Shown: positions 51,255 to 64,000 of the stretch, piece by piece
Layout of the letters: every line of letters starts with the position of its first letter
How positions within the stretch are numbered: the first letter of the stretch is position 1
Assembly (NCBI RefSeq): GCF_036971445.1
Contig: NC_091475.1
Span: 31,620,001-31,684,000 of the forward strand
Source: Narcine bancroftii
Lineage: Eukaryota
DNA length: 64,000 nt
Reading direction: 5' to 3'
Notes under the pieces: generated by a model
Databases searched by the model: none
Told to the model about the DNA's origin: nothing
What the model saw: the letters and a program-made list of their open reading frames with translations, nothing else
Program-made: the position numbers and the translations under genes

Positions 51255-52880
51255 TTAATTCGCCTGTGATTCTTTGGTCACTTGTCTATGCTGGTTATAA
51301 TTTACAGTGCCACTGGCACATCTTTGTGCTTTGTGAGGAAACAAGACGCGCAGTACCAAGGAGATTGTGCAACCTTCTCACAGCACCCAAAGTCAGGTTG
51401 GAACCTGGGTAACCGGTCCTCTGAGGCAGCAACAACTGCTGCATCATGTTAAGCTAACCACAACATGACTATAGAGTTAATTAATATTGCTTCGCTGTAA
51501 AGTTCTTGAGGGCAGCCAGGATGTGAAAGGTGCCTTACAAAGCACAAGTATTTCTTCGTCTGATTACATATTCCTGCTTATTTGTTGTTCTTTGTTTCCT
51601 CATTCACTCACACGGTAAAGTATTAAAAATCTATTTCTATACCTTGTATTTCTCTTAAGCTTCTGCTTCTGTTATATTCTTTAACCTTGTTAATTTGCCT
51701 TATTTTTATTCCGTCATATTCTGTTTATTCATTCCGGGCTCTCACTCTTTGCTTCTTTTGGAGCATTTTATTTAGGATATCTCTGTTTTTGACAAAATCG
51801 CCGAGCAGGTGATTTTGGGGAACAGAGCGTTTCCCCAGAATTGTCAACACCAGTCCAGGATTCCATCCTGTGTGGGCATTTAATCTGGAATCAGCGATCT
51901 TTTCCCTCGGAAAGCAGATTCGCGAAAAGCTGTTTATTATTAATTCTCCTTCACAAAGGATGGGGAAGACCTGCTGAATCAAACCAGTTGATCCCAGTTC
52001 CCCGGCGCCTGATGGAACTGTCACCATTATAATAATCACGCCAGATCACCAGTTAATACCACCCTTCAAAACTAAACAGAATTGTCCCATTTTGATTATC
52101 TGCAGCAATTGCCTGGTTCCAAGGGCTTGGAGTTGATAAATTTATCCTAGATGTATCGACTAAAGTAGACCTTACATTATTTAGATTTAACACACTATTA
52201 CTATACATGTTATCTTTATTTTTGACTGACAAGGTTGCAAAAAATATTTGTTAGGATACATCAAATGTGAATGCATAATCATTCAAAACAAACTTCCCAA
52301 TGTGGGATGGGAGATTCACAATTCCATTTGAAGGTGCGAATCATGTTTACAATTGTTCCTAGTCCAATGTTTTCCAGACAAATGGAAGGCACTCGTTGCG
52401 ATTTTCTGGTGATTCCTTTCCAGTTTCATCAGATTTCACTGTTTTTGGACTCTTTTTGACATCATATCTGGATGGTGATAAAGAGGATTAAACCGAATTA
52501 AGGTCATTCCTTTCCACTCATTTTCTGAAATGCATTTTGTAGGCATTCATCTTTAGGTTCCAGCACTGGAGTGGAGCAGATTTAAATGTGACGATCTTTA
52601 AAAATCTGAATCATAAAAAGGGCAACTCCATTCTGGGACCAGAGTGGGTTAACTATGAAAGGTTATTCCATTTACTTGGCATTTTAAGAAGAATTTTCTT
52701 CGATGGAGTAAAAGTGGATTCTAGCATTTAGGAATAGAAAGTGAGAAAGTGAAATGTGCCCCATCTCCAGACAGGCTGATACTTTTCTGAGGGATTTCTT
52801 AGGTGGTCTGCTTACATTGACATGACACCTTGAGGTACCTCGGTTGTGTCTGTGAGGAAGAAACCTGTGCAGGAGAAGCA

Positions 52881-53002
52881 ATGCTGTTCTTTGGGGAGCT
52901 AATATTTCTCACCCTGCTGCCAACTGCAATGGAGGTCGGAAGTGTCAGTCACACCAATAAACAGCAGCAGTTGTCCACAGCTCAGGATGTCAAGCAGAGA
53001 AG
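52881..53002 (+). CDS. GABRR3: GABA-A receptor rho subunit, coding exon 1 (signal peptide)
   Basis: ATG...AG|gtaagc, 122 bp, MLFFGELIFLTLLPTAMEVGSVSHTNKQQQLSTAQDVKQR; hydrophobic leader, and phase 2 fits the next exon. Little sequence homology, so less certain than later exons. Confidence 0.7.
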
Positions 53003-54666
53003 GTAAGCAAACAAGAGGTACACATTATTTATTACTGAATAGTTATTTTCTATATTGCAGTCAGTTTGTTTCTCGAGTACAGCTGTTGGCACAACTGATC
53101 AGTAGAAATCCTGCCACGCTGCAGGGAAAAGAACAGCAGGGTTGTATGTGATGTCACATATTTTCTCTGACAATAAATCTGAACTTTGAACTGATTAAAC
53201 TTGGGCATTTTTCCATCTTAGCCTTTCCTTGCCTTGAAAAGATTGATGTTCTTACTGGTGATCGTCGCTCAGTTTTATCAATTTTTTGTAGCATGGGCTT
53301 GATTTTTTTTTGTCCCCATCTGTCTACATATTGAGCTCTCTGAAGAAATTCCTATGGTAAACTGCTCACCTAAAATCTCTCGTAGCAATTTCATTGGGGT
53401 TAACTGACTTGGAATACTGGTTTAGGATTGGTTTCAGGTGGGAACCCTTCATTGGTGAACAAATACGATTTTCTTCTTTTCCACTCTAATTGTCTTCAAC
53501 CTCCTGAAGAAATACTGAATCTCAAATGATGACTTTCAGTGTGGCATTGCTACTTAACTCTGAAGTAAACTCTGAATCGTGTGGTTTCCATCCAGTTCAC
53601 AAAGGTAAGAATGCCCCATTTAAAACACAGTGCTTCAGCTCAATGACCTTGATTCGATTTTCCTTCACATTGATATATTCTTTCATGATGCAATTCTGAG
53701 GTAATCTTCCAAAAACATAGAAATTCATTAAATAACCCTCGATGGAAGAACTATGTGTGACCCATCATGTCAATGAACTCCACTGGTTAGTTTCGTTAAA
53801 GAAACAATGGAAAGGCCAATAGCAATGCTATTGTTCGTACAATTTGGTCAATAACATCCAGCTACTGCCTGATCACAGTCAAAGATAGAAATGAGTGGTA
53901 CAGTGGAAATACCAGACTATCCTTGAGTCGATGAACAAAATGGGCATTGTAAGCTATTGAAAGGAATACAGTTACAGTGATTATGTGATAAATATCCACT
54001 AAACTTGAATCCTGTCTGTGGTTCTTAAAGGAGATTTTAATGATGTATTTCTTAATTACTTCATTACAAGTTCACTGACACCAAAAACTAAATTTAACAA
54101 AAGACATTTCATTCCTCAAACTCATTTATATTTTTATGAAAAATATAAATTCTCATTTTTAAAAATCTCTTAACCCCTTCTATTTCATTTTCCTTTTGTT
54201 CCACTTTACAGAATCAACTGTTTTGGTTTACACTTCATGGTTCACACTCTCTGGCACTCATTAATCTAACAGGCTAAAGAGACATGGATGATTGGCATTT
54301 TAATGCAAAGGAAATGATAACATCCTATGAGTCAAATGTTAACATCATGTGACTCCTTCAATAATTGTATTAATTGTTCAAAGAAAACCAAAGTTACGCA
54401 CCAATCTGCACCAAACATTATGTATACAAAACCAAACATCTTGTGAATGATTAAATGTTTCAGTAGTGAATGTTCATGTAGCTTAGCAGGACAGCTCTGC
54501 TTTTGGAAGATGGAGAAGTATAAAGTATGGGAACAAAGAAGAATGAACCTAAAGAACAAGTGCAAGGTGTTGTGAACTGTGGTCATTTTAATCTGCTTGT
54601 GAGACTATATAGTCAGCCTACAGCATAGATGCCAGACAGTATAACCATTTCTACTTGACCTGTCTG

Positions 54667-54854
54667 TGTGATGATATGTAATTACACCACTAGGTCACCA
54701 GGGGTCATCCCGGTGACCTTGTATATAAAACAGCCCAGAGCTATAGTCTAGCCTTCCAGGTTTGTCTTGCAGAGAGACAAGACCTCTTGGTGTACATATT
54801 AGTTTATTAAAGCTGTCTTATACTCGCACTGCTGTTGTGGTTATTGTCAGTACA
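54667..54854 (+). mobile_element. 188-bp solo LTR nested in an old RTE fragment (about 54530-55200)
   Basis: TGTGATGA...TCAGTACA ends, 5-bp TSD GTCTG, TATATAAAA and ATTAAA; the right flank reads as a decayed RTE C-terminus (QIRWSGHI..D.IPKQLL..EL). Confidence 0.8.
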
Positions 54855-55429
54855 GTCTGCACACAACACTTCACATCAAGAGGCAAGACAAGATTCTAGC
54901 CACACTGGTTCTGTCCTAGACAAACCTCTCCAGCATCTACACACTGTTGAAAGAGTCACAGATCAGATGGTCAGGGCATATTAGAAGAAAGTCAGATGAC
55001 CAAATACCAAAGCAGCTACTTCATAGAGAGCTGACAGACAGAGAGTTGAGATGAACAGATAAAGAGTTTCAAAGAATTTCAGAACATCCTGAAGGGATGC
55101 AACATTGACATACACCTCAGGGAGCAACAAGCATTGGATTGCCCTGTTTGGCATATCTAAGTAAGAAGTGGTGCTCCTTCATATGAATAAACCAGAATGC
55201 AGCTTCCTCAATTGCTTATTGCCAGGACAGCAACCACCTGGGATTATCTGATCTTGGAGCCTAAGTAGGCACAGGACTGGTCAGTACTTGGAGGGAACAT
55301 CAGGTGCTGTAGGTTTCTGTGAGGGATGTTGGACAAAGTAACGACTCTCTGTCTGCCTTAGGGTAGACAAAAAGTTACATTCTAAATGTAATTTTATGTG
55401 ACAATAATGGAGCATTTCCTTTTACCTCT

Positions 55430-56765
55430 CTCTCAATGTTGGCAAGAAAAAGAAGCTAGTCATAGACTTCCAGCAGAGGGTTGAAGCTCAGTCCCCTGGT
55501 TGTCACAAAGATGCGGAGGTGGAGTGAGTAGACTTTTTTAAGTTCTTAGGTGTGAATATCGCCAACAAACTGTCTTGGTCCAACCACATCCACACAATAA
55601 AGTGTGTCAGCCTTCGAAACCTGAGGAAATTCAACAGGCCACCTGCATCTCTCAATAAATTCTACAGTTGCACCATCAAATGTATTCTGCCAGGATGCAT
55701 TATTTGGTGGAAGGCGAACTGCTCTGTTCAAAACCACTAGAATCTGCAGGGTCAATCCAAAGGAGATGATCATTGAGAGGGGGCAGAGTCCCCACCCTTG
55801 TCCACGTTAATGGTGCTGAATTGAAAACAGTGACTGCATTTCCTGAGAAGACAAGTAGGCAAGGCTACTGGCCACCATTATGTCAACCTCTATACGAGTT
55901 CTATCAAGAGTGTCCTGGCTAGTTCAATCACAATATGGTACATTGTTGCAGAGAAGTGGATTGGAGATCAATCCATGGGACCATAAGAGAGGCTCAAGTC
56001 CTTCTCCTCCCCCCTCCAGTCAATGTGATCTAACAGGATCATTGTCAGATCCACACCACACACAGCATCTTTCAGCTGCTCCCATTGGGAAAGAGATACA
56101 GGAGTATCAGAGCCAGCACCATTAGGTTGAGGAACAGCCTCTTCTCACGGGAAGTGTGAATGCTAAACGACCCCAAAGGAACTGCTCAAACCAACCTTCT
56201 GAGACTCTTATATTTACAAAACAATATTTATTTATTTGTATAGATTAATACTTGTCCTGCATATGTATTGTTTGTCTGGTTGCATGTCTAGGTGCTTTGC
56301 ACCAAGGATCAGAGAACACTGTTTCGTCGGGTTGTACTTGTACAATCAGATGACAATAAACTTGACTTGACTAGATTCAAGGACTTTGGAATAAATATCT
56401 GCAATGAAGTGACAATCAGGAAATTGCACCACTTTCTTAGGAAGTTTGGCATGTTCACCTTGTCGCTCAACGACTTCTACATATGCCCATTGAAAGCATA
56501 CGCGTGAGGTGCTCTGTTCAAAATTGGAAGAAGCTACAGAAGGTAGAGAATGCTCAGAATATAATGCATACTTCCTCCCCTCCATGGACCCCATCTATAT
56601 CTCCCACTGCCTAAGGAAGGGATCCATTGTACTAAAGAGCCCATTACACCCTGGACACACTCTCTTCTCATTCTTCCTATTGGGGAGAAGGCTTAAGAGT
56701 GTGAAAGTGCGCACCAACTGTCTTAAAGACAATTTCTTCTTGGCATCAACCTGTCTCCTGAATTA
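55430..56765 (+). mobile_element. Cluster of decayed Rex-Babar LINE 3' fragments
   Basis: Repeated FKFLG/LRKF/HPGH-type remnants and the tail aataaacttgacttga. Confidence 0.7.
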
Positions 56766-57340
56766 ACTCAATAAAAGCCCTCTCACGCTGCCCTTGGATG
56801 GTACTAATTGATCTTTTTATCACATTGCAATCCTATACTCTTTCATTTTGCTCCTGTCATCGATGTATGACTAACAACTTTGTTTTCCAAGAAAATCAAA
56901 GGTTCCTTGATTATTCTTAATTTCAGGCATATTAATTAGATCAGGGTTCCCTGAGTGAACCCATTGGCAGCTTTCTTCACATCTTTAAAGTGGTACATTT
57001 TTCTTTTATTCATCTAGATTCATCAGGTTCTGTAGTTTATCATGTTTTGCTTCTGCTCTTGAATGATCTAAGTCTCCTGGGTCAAAGTGCATGTGTTGGT
57101 TCAAAGGATTACAGGAGATTAAAGGTTTAATTTTAACTTGTTCCTCCCTATCCTGTCAGTGCCAGTTGTTGACATCACTCGCACGTCCCTACAATTTTGG
57201 CCTTCTACTTGCAGGGATCATCAGTAAACTTAAGTGTCTTGTAAATTATTCTGAAATTCATTTAATTCGACTTAATGCTTTTGAAATTGAGTTGGTTTTA
57301 TGTTTTAATGTTAACATTGTCAAAACCTTTTTCACTTTAG

Positions 57341-57447
57341 ACAATCAGAAAGCAAAAGATCAGATTCAACCAAAATCCATTTAACAAAATCTGAACAAAT
57401 CCTTCGAATAGATGATCATGATTTTGCAATGAGACCTGGATTTGGAG
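57341..57447 (+). CDS. GABRR3: GABA-A rho subunit exon 2
   Basis: ctttag|A...G|gtaag, 107 bp, QSESKRSDSTKIHLTKSEQILRIDDHDFAMRPGFG, a rho-specific motif. Paralog identity is uncertain. Confidence 0.9.
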
Positions 57448-57584
57448 GTAAGTTTTCTGACAATTTTGTTATTCCATTCAGTAGTTAACAACTGTTTGTG
57501 GTTCTATTTTATTATTTATTTCTCAAGGGGTTTGAAAAGCATAACAGCTGATCTGCTGTTCTGTGGTTCAGTGAATTATAGGAT

Positions 57585-57748
57585 ATGAACATAGGAACAT
57601 AGGAAGTAGGAACAGGAGTAGGCCAAAAATGGCCCATCGAGCCTGCTCCGCCATTCAAAAAGATCATGGCTGATCTAATTTATGACCTAACTGCATCTAC
57701 CTGCCTTCTCCCCATATCCCCTAATTCCTCTATCATGTAAAAATTTAT
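57585..57748 (-). mobile_element. CR1 3' tail
   Basis: aacataggaacataggaagtagg...catcgagcctgctccgccatt, similar to 44370-44450. Confidence 0.7.
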
Positions 57749-59692
57749 GGGGCGATTTATGGATAGTTATGGAGTGAACTTCCTGAAATAGCAAGTTAAA
57801 GTAATTGGATTTGGAAGCAATTGATTGTCATAAAAATACAACTAACTCAGCATGCCATAAAATTGGAAGGGCAGTTTAAACAAAGGACATCTCTTTGGTG
57901 CTTAAAACTACATGCCTCACATGGTTCAAGTACCATTCTGAAGATGGGAGTATATAAATCCAGGCCTTCTTTCTAGTGCATGAGTAACGAAGTGTACAAC
58001 TGTTATGAAATATGAAACAGCGACCCTATCTATTATTTTGAATGGATGTAAAAGATTCCATGTGGCTATATAAAAGGAGACAATAGAGTTATCATTGGGT
58101 TCCTGGCCAATATTTTTATCCATAGAACTTTAAAGAAATCAAGTCATTTGGGTCATTATCACGTTACATTATGTAAGGGCATGTACACTTAGACGGATGT
58201 GTTTCCAAGTTGTGTCTGCAATTTAAATGTGCATTTCTAAAGGCACTGTATCAATGTTTACTTTCATTTTTAAAATAGAATACTCTTTGAAGAATATGGA
58301 AGAGTTTCTCAATTCTATATTAAGAATTAATCCGATTCATAACCTTTGATATTAAATTTAAAAGCAGTTTAGTTCTGATATAAATAGCAATCTTGTTCAA
58401 ACTAAACAACTGTGCTATTAATTCAAACTTGTACTATAAAGCTAAAATAAATGCACCATAAAATATTTGGTTTTATTAATTTCTACAATATTGTAAAAAT
58501 ATCTTTAAGTTCAATGCACAGAAATATTAATTTTTCTTTTGCTCATGAAGAAATAGTATGATCCTATGAAAGCATTGAAGGGTGACATTCTCTGCTCCTG
58601 AATGAGCCTGTGAAAATAGCTCAAAGAATTCAGAAAAATTGGATGGCACTGACTGATAGGTAGCCTTCACTATTTGAAGTAACTGGTTGGAATTAACCAG
58701 TAGATTACAAATCAAAGTTTTAAAGTAATATTTATTTTTGCTGCAAATAGTACGGAAAGTCATTCCAAGATTGCAATCATTAGAAAATAATTAATAGCTA
58801 ACAATGGAATGGAGTGAGTTCTGCTTTTCTATAAGAATGCACTGGGAAAAAATGGTGGACAAATTGAAGACATGAACCATGTCTTTATCTCTGTGGATCA
58901 GGTGGATGTTAATGCAGAGAAATGAAGAGAATGCAAAGGATGTGGAGGAAAGGAAGACTCCTTCTTGGTGATCACAGATCTGCTGCTTCTCATTATATGA
59001 AAGCATTTATGGTCTCACATCTTGGTATTGCCACTTAGCCAAATGAAGTGGCATCCCCAGACCCTGAAATGCGTTAGGTTGTCCTTTATACCTTCCTCCA
59101 TTCCAAGTCAGCAGTTTCCAGCAATCGTCCAGCTCCCATAGAGGGGGCAGGGGGGAGAGTTGGCTGGGGAAAAGGGGTCTGTGCAGAAGCTCTGGAACAA
59201 TTTAGACACATGAAGAACTGGGATAGGTGAGTGTTCAAGAGGACCACGACATTTTAATATACATATGGTATATTTTTTTTTAAATCAGAAATGCTGGCAA
59301 TTCTCAGCAGGTCAGGCCACATCTGTAGTAAAGGAAAAAGAGTTAATATTTTAGGCAAAGACCCTGCATCAGAGAGGTGTGGCCTGATACTAAGTAGTGA
59401 AGTAAGGTGTCAGGCATCTGAATAGAACTGCAATACTTACACAATCATCTGAAGACAGAACATCAGAAAGGCCTTTCACTGCTGGGTGCTGGTTACAAAA
59501 ATCACCAACTTCAGTTTACCAGAGGTATGAAATGCTGATAACAAGAGGAATAAAAGTCTGGCAGGGAGAAAAGGTGTTTTTCTTCTAGGCAGTGGCCAAA
59601 ACTTCTTGGCCTACAGTCCCTAGACATGTTAAAAAGAAATCCAGTAACCTAACAATACAGGGCCTGTTATAATTGAGACAAATGCTTTACAA

Positions 59693-60066
59693 CAGTGGTT
59701 CTCAACCTTTTTCTTTCCACTCACATGCCACTTTAAGAATTCCGTATGCTTTGGTGCTCTGTGATTAGTAAGGGATTGCTTAAGGTGGTATGTGAGTGGG
59801 AAGGGAGGGTTGAGAGTCATTACTCTAGACCCAATTGTTACTGAAATATTTTGCTTGAGAAAAATTGTCATTGGCCCATTTCCTTTGGAGTTATGAAACC
59901 ATGAACATAATGAGTCAATTAGGTATGATTAAAACAGTGGTTTTCAACCTTTTCTTTCCACTCACATACCACCTTAAAGTAATCCCTTACTGATCACAGA
60001 GCACCTATGGCATAGAGAATACTTAAAGTGGTATGTGAGTGGAAAGAAAAAGGTTGAGAACTACTG
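59693..60066 (+). mobile_element. Complete dimeric hAT/Charlie-type MITE
   Basis: TIRs CAGTGGTTCTCAACCTTTT / AAAAGGTTGAGAACTACTG, 8-bp TSD ctttacaa/ctttacag; two palindromic units of about 130 bp around a spacer. Confidence 0.9.
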
Positions 60067-60700
60067 CTTTACAGAATCATGTGATATCCATCAGAGACAG
60101 GCTCCTCGAAGAGATGGAGAACTTAGTGGTTCTAAGAAGGTGCAGGTACCAAACATGTTTCAGAATTGGATGTTCAGACCCTCAATAAATCTATTCTCTG
60201 TTAAACCGGCATACAGGCTGGCCAATGCTGCCTTGGACAACTACATCCCACTCTGCATCCTCTTCTACCTGTTCTTCACTTGAACACCTTCATTCCACAC
60301 CATTCTTGCAAATAAGAAGTGTTGTTCTGATAACCCCATGGTCCCCAGCAATGTGTGCCTTTTCCTGGGCTCTTTGGAAAATGTTTTGTGCCACCTCAAC
60401 TTTTATCTCATTCTTCACCTCTTCTTTAGATATACTCATGTCAGAATTAGTGACTATTTCTAGTTTTTTCCATATTGAAAAATTCATCAGATGGTTTTCT
60501 GATTCCATCCTCTTATATGCGAATGCCACGTGACCTATTTAGTATTTTCTATTTCTGATTTCATGCTTCTGTTTTGTTATTTATTTATGTTATTAAAAGT
60601 ACATGAGACACACACTGTAGCTGGCTTTGGTAGCACGAGGAACTAAAAAAATAAACAAGAAGATAAAACTGGACTTATTTGTCCTTATCTTTTTTCTAAG

Positions 60701-60768
60701 GGCCAGCATTATCAGTTGCCATCGATGTCCAGATTGAAAGCATTGACAGCATTTCTGAAGTTGACATG
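60701..60768 (+). CDS. GABRR3: GABA-A rho subunit exon 3
   Basis: ttctaag|GG...ATG|gtaag, 68 bp, GPALSVAIDVQIESIDSISEVDM; the canonical 68-bp Cys-loop receptor exon. Confidence 0.92.
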
Positions 60769-60808
60769 GTAAGCCTGAGATTTGGTTATTGCAATAAAAC
60801 AGAATGAC

Positions 60809-60971
60809 ATCATTGCATTGCGCCACAGAATGTACTTCACTGACTGTTTATAATTGTTATTTGATTTGGCCTAGTTGATATGAGAAGATCATTGCATTGC
60901 GCCATAGAATGTACTTCACTGACCGTTTATAATTGTTATTTGATTTGGCCTAGTTGATATGAGAAGATCAT
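60809..60971. repeat. 79-bp tandem duplication in rho gene intron 3
   Basis: Copies start at 60809 and 60888, with two substitutions and ATCAT microhomology at the junctions. Confidence 0.92.
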
Positions 60972-61107
60972 GATTTTTTTAAAAGATATTGATGAACATA
61001 TTTCCTTCCCTCCCCTTTGGATGCCTCATGCACCAGCATTACTCACCTTTGTTTCTTACAGTCTTCTTTACTGATTCCACGTGGTTGTATTTGGATCTTA
61101 TCCTTAG

Positions 61108-61331
61108 GATTTTACAATGACTTTATACTTAAGACATTACTGGAAAGATGGCAGACTTGCTTTTCCAAGTTCCAACAATGGAAGTATGACATTTGATGGA
61201 AGATTAGTCAAGAAAATTTGGGTTCCAGATGTATTTTTTGTCCACTCCAAAAGATCTTTCATACATGACACCACTATGGAGAATATCATGTTAAGGATAT
61301 ATCCAGATGGCCATATCCTCTACAGTCTAAG
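61108..61331 (+). CDS. GABRR3: GABA-A rho subunit exon 4; the gene continues beyond the window
   Basis: ccttag|GAT...AG|gtaaaa, 224 bp, DFTMTLYLRHYWKD...KKIWVPDVFFVHSKRSFIHDTTMENIMLRIYPDGHILYSLR. TTMENIMLR is rho3-type; rho1 has TTTDNVMLR. Confidence 0.92.
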
Positions 61332-61914
61332 GTAAAATATTGTTAATTTAAAAATGGTCACATTTAGATTTTGTAACTTTTTCTTCCATAAATACCTTGC
61401 AAGTGCTTTATTGTGTGAAGTCAAGAGAACAGAAAATCCATCATCTATTGCATCATACTATTTCACCCCAGACAACATTCACACATTGCCATTGTATTAT
61501 CATCTCATTTGTAAAGCACTGCATGCTTCCTGTTATTTCCATAGACCTGAAAGTTATAGTAAAATGGTAATAATTATAAAAACCTGCGCTTGCTCTTCCA
61601 TTTCAGTGTTATAAATCAGTTCTTGAACTTAAGGCTGCTTTAAAGGTCCAATTTTTGATTCAGAGAAAAACTGTGAAATTCTATTGACCCATAGTGCAGG
61701 CTCACCTACATCCATAACTCAGGTGGCACAAGCCCTACTTTTCATTTGACCAGTTTCCAACTGAAATCAAAGCTTTCTCAAAGAACTTGATGTACTTTAC
61801 TCTTGATAAGGGGCTGTCTTTACAAGCTAGAGACAGATGATAAAGTTTGGCAATGCTCAACACAAGGGGTAATTTTGATGGAGATGGAAAATTAACTCAT
61901 GACCCATTGAGGGA

Positions 61915-62600
61915 GCCGAAGATGGTTTTATTTGAAATCCCGCAACTGTTGGTCTGTGCCCAAGATGGTGGTGTCTGTTAATCGGCAGCAGCTACGAGGG
62001 GTTTCAGATTTTAGGGGAGCAGAGGACCTGGAGCAGGGCTGAGAAGGGGCATCAGAGGAGATGACCCGCAGGGATGATGACTACAGTGGCGGACCAGTGA
62101 GGAGGATCTGGGGCCGAGGCACAAGTGCATGCAGTGGGCTATTGACAACTCAAGGTGAGGAACCTGTAGAGGCTGTGGGCTGCTGGAGATTGCTGTCGGG
62201 AGACTCGTGTTATGCTGCAGACTGCTGGAGACTGGCTTGACCTGGCTGGAGGGGTACCAAGTATTGGAACTGGAATTCAAGGAGGTGCCGAGGACACTGA
62301 AAGATTCCTGACTATGTTGGGGGTTTGGATCTGGAGCTCGGGTTGCCAATGGTTTGGATTGGACTCTGTGTGGCTGCAGGGGCTATGGAAGTGCTGGAGG
62401 GAAATCTACGGACACAGGGTGACTCGGGATGGGGGACGATGACTCTGTTCTGCTTCTCTCTCTCTGACTATAAGAACTGTAAGAGGTGCCTAGGCAATTC
62501 CTGTTGGTGGTAAATCTGTCTGCTTTGCAGCAGGCAAAAATAAATTTCATGTAATATGACACTGTTTTATTACTATGATAATAAATTGAATCTTGAATTT
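61915..62600 (+). mobile_element. Non-autonomous interspersed element with a Rex-Babar-like 3' tail
   Basis: Related to 21200-21620; ends aataaattgaatcttgaat. Confidence 0.55.
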
Positions 62601-64000
62601 TGAACAATGGTAGTGGAGGCATGTGGACATTATATTTTTTAATGCAGAGGTAAATTTTTATTGGATGAGTGGAGGGGTGCTGGTGGATGATGTTCTGCAT
62701 TGAGACACAGCTCAAAATGTGGAAGAAGTGAACTATTATCATTAATATGAAAGAGAAGGTTTTCTGCTACTACGTTGTCATATTTCATATGCAGCCTGGT
62801 AGGTAATACACCAAACAAAGGCAGGGACCCGTGCTACCAGAGTTGTGATTTAGCTTGACGATTTTTTCAGGAGATAATCAGCTAGTTTTGTATTATTTTC
62901 TATGAATGACTGTTGTCATACCTCAATGGGCATTGAAAGTTTTGGTTCTGAGAAAATATTACAATGCTATTATTTTAAACAATCTGATTCTTCATTAAAA
63001 GTGAAATATATAGAAATATTTTAATGATGCAAAAGACATAATTTTAAATTACTTCGTTTCATTTTATTTTGAATGATGAAAACGATTGCTTTGGTCTGGG
63101 GTACACCAACATTGTATTCAAGGAATCTGAAACGATGATCTGGGGATATGAATTCAGTTCCCACCACAACAACTGGTGAATTTATATCAAATTAATCAAT
63201 AAATTTAGAATAAAAGGCTTGTATCAGTGATGGTCATCATATAACGAGCGTAAGCTACCAGTCTAGTTTGATAATAACTGTAAAAATAGGGGATTTACTG
63301 GGTTTACAGAGTGTGGCTTGTGACTGCTGGCCCACAACACTGGCTGTCTGAAATGGTCACCCCACCATTTAATACTGCAATTAGAAACGATTGAAACTGG
63401 GCTGACATTATGGCATTCAACTCTATAGTGGCTCTGGAAAACGTAAAGGTGTACCCTATCCTTTTCATCCTCCTCATGAACACCTGGCATCATGGGAGCC
63501 AATGGGGAGTGGCACATTTAGTGAAGCACAGCACAGTGTATTATACCCCCAGTGAACCAGGTTCAAATCCACTGCTTCCCCTAAGGAGTTTGTAACTTCT
63601 CCCCATGACCAGTGGATTTGGGCATCACTGACTCATTTGATGAAGGGCTTGTTATTGCCCTGTTAAAAAAAAAACCCAGAAACTTAATGAACTTAGCTAT
63701 ACTATAATGGATAAATACTGGGAGGAATTTGGTAAGATTCAAGTGGGTTACATACATATACACATTTTAAAACATCTTAATTTGAAATACTAAGAATTCA
63801 TATTCAGTAACATTGCAGAAAATTTGGAGAATGATACGCACATTTCACAAGTAGGTGCTAATTGAAATGACATCATGAAATGAATAGACCATTGTCTTGG
63901 AGGAGACGAAATGGCTGTTTGCAAGAACCTACAGTGTGCTCACAGAAAGGTCACCCCTGGGTTTTGTTTAGCTAAGACAACAGCTTGACCAAGAGAGAAC

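Noticed and set aside
51725-52039. 104-aa minus-strand ORF upstream of the rho gene
   Set aside because: No recognisable domain or splice pattern; length is within chance expectation.
52485-52490. OTX/CRX site GGATTA upstream of the rho ATG
   Set aside because: A single hexamer is expected by chance.

Overview
Eukaryotic vertebrate genomic DNA, AT-rich and dense in transposable elements. The repeat types (V-SINEs, Rex-Babar, CR1, Penelope, RTE, L1-Tx1) point to a cartilaginous fish, probably a ray; this is an inference. Three spliced genes were read by hand, most exons being invisible in the ORF track. (1) CYBB/NOX2 exons 1-5 on the minus strand, ATG at 13069, running off the left edge. (2) A complete three-exon XK gene on the minus strand (37538-31906, 433 aa). 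(3) Exons 1-4 of a GABA-A rho subunit gene, most like rho3, on the plus strand, ATG at 52881, head-to-head with XK and running off the right edge. The rest is transposon-derived: a Gypsy provirus nested in an L1, a near full-length RTE LINE, a very young RTE copy with a twin-priming 5' inversion inside a dimeric hAT MITE, three solo LTRs, a Chapaev3 remnant and Penelope remnants with decayed hammerhead motifs. The best leads are a rho gene at a locus where mammals have none, a PU.1/IRF element positionally conserved in the CYBB promoter, a tandemly duplicated CTCF-like motif at the XK promoter and the RTE inversion. I found no convincing wholly novel protein-coding system. Family assignments and comparisons with human genes are from memory, not database searches, and many repeat boundaries are approximate.
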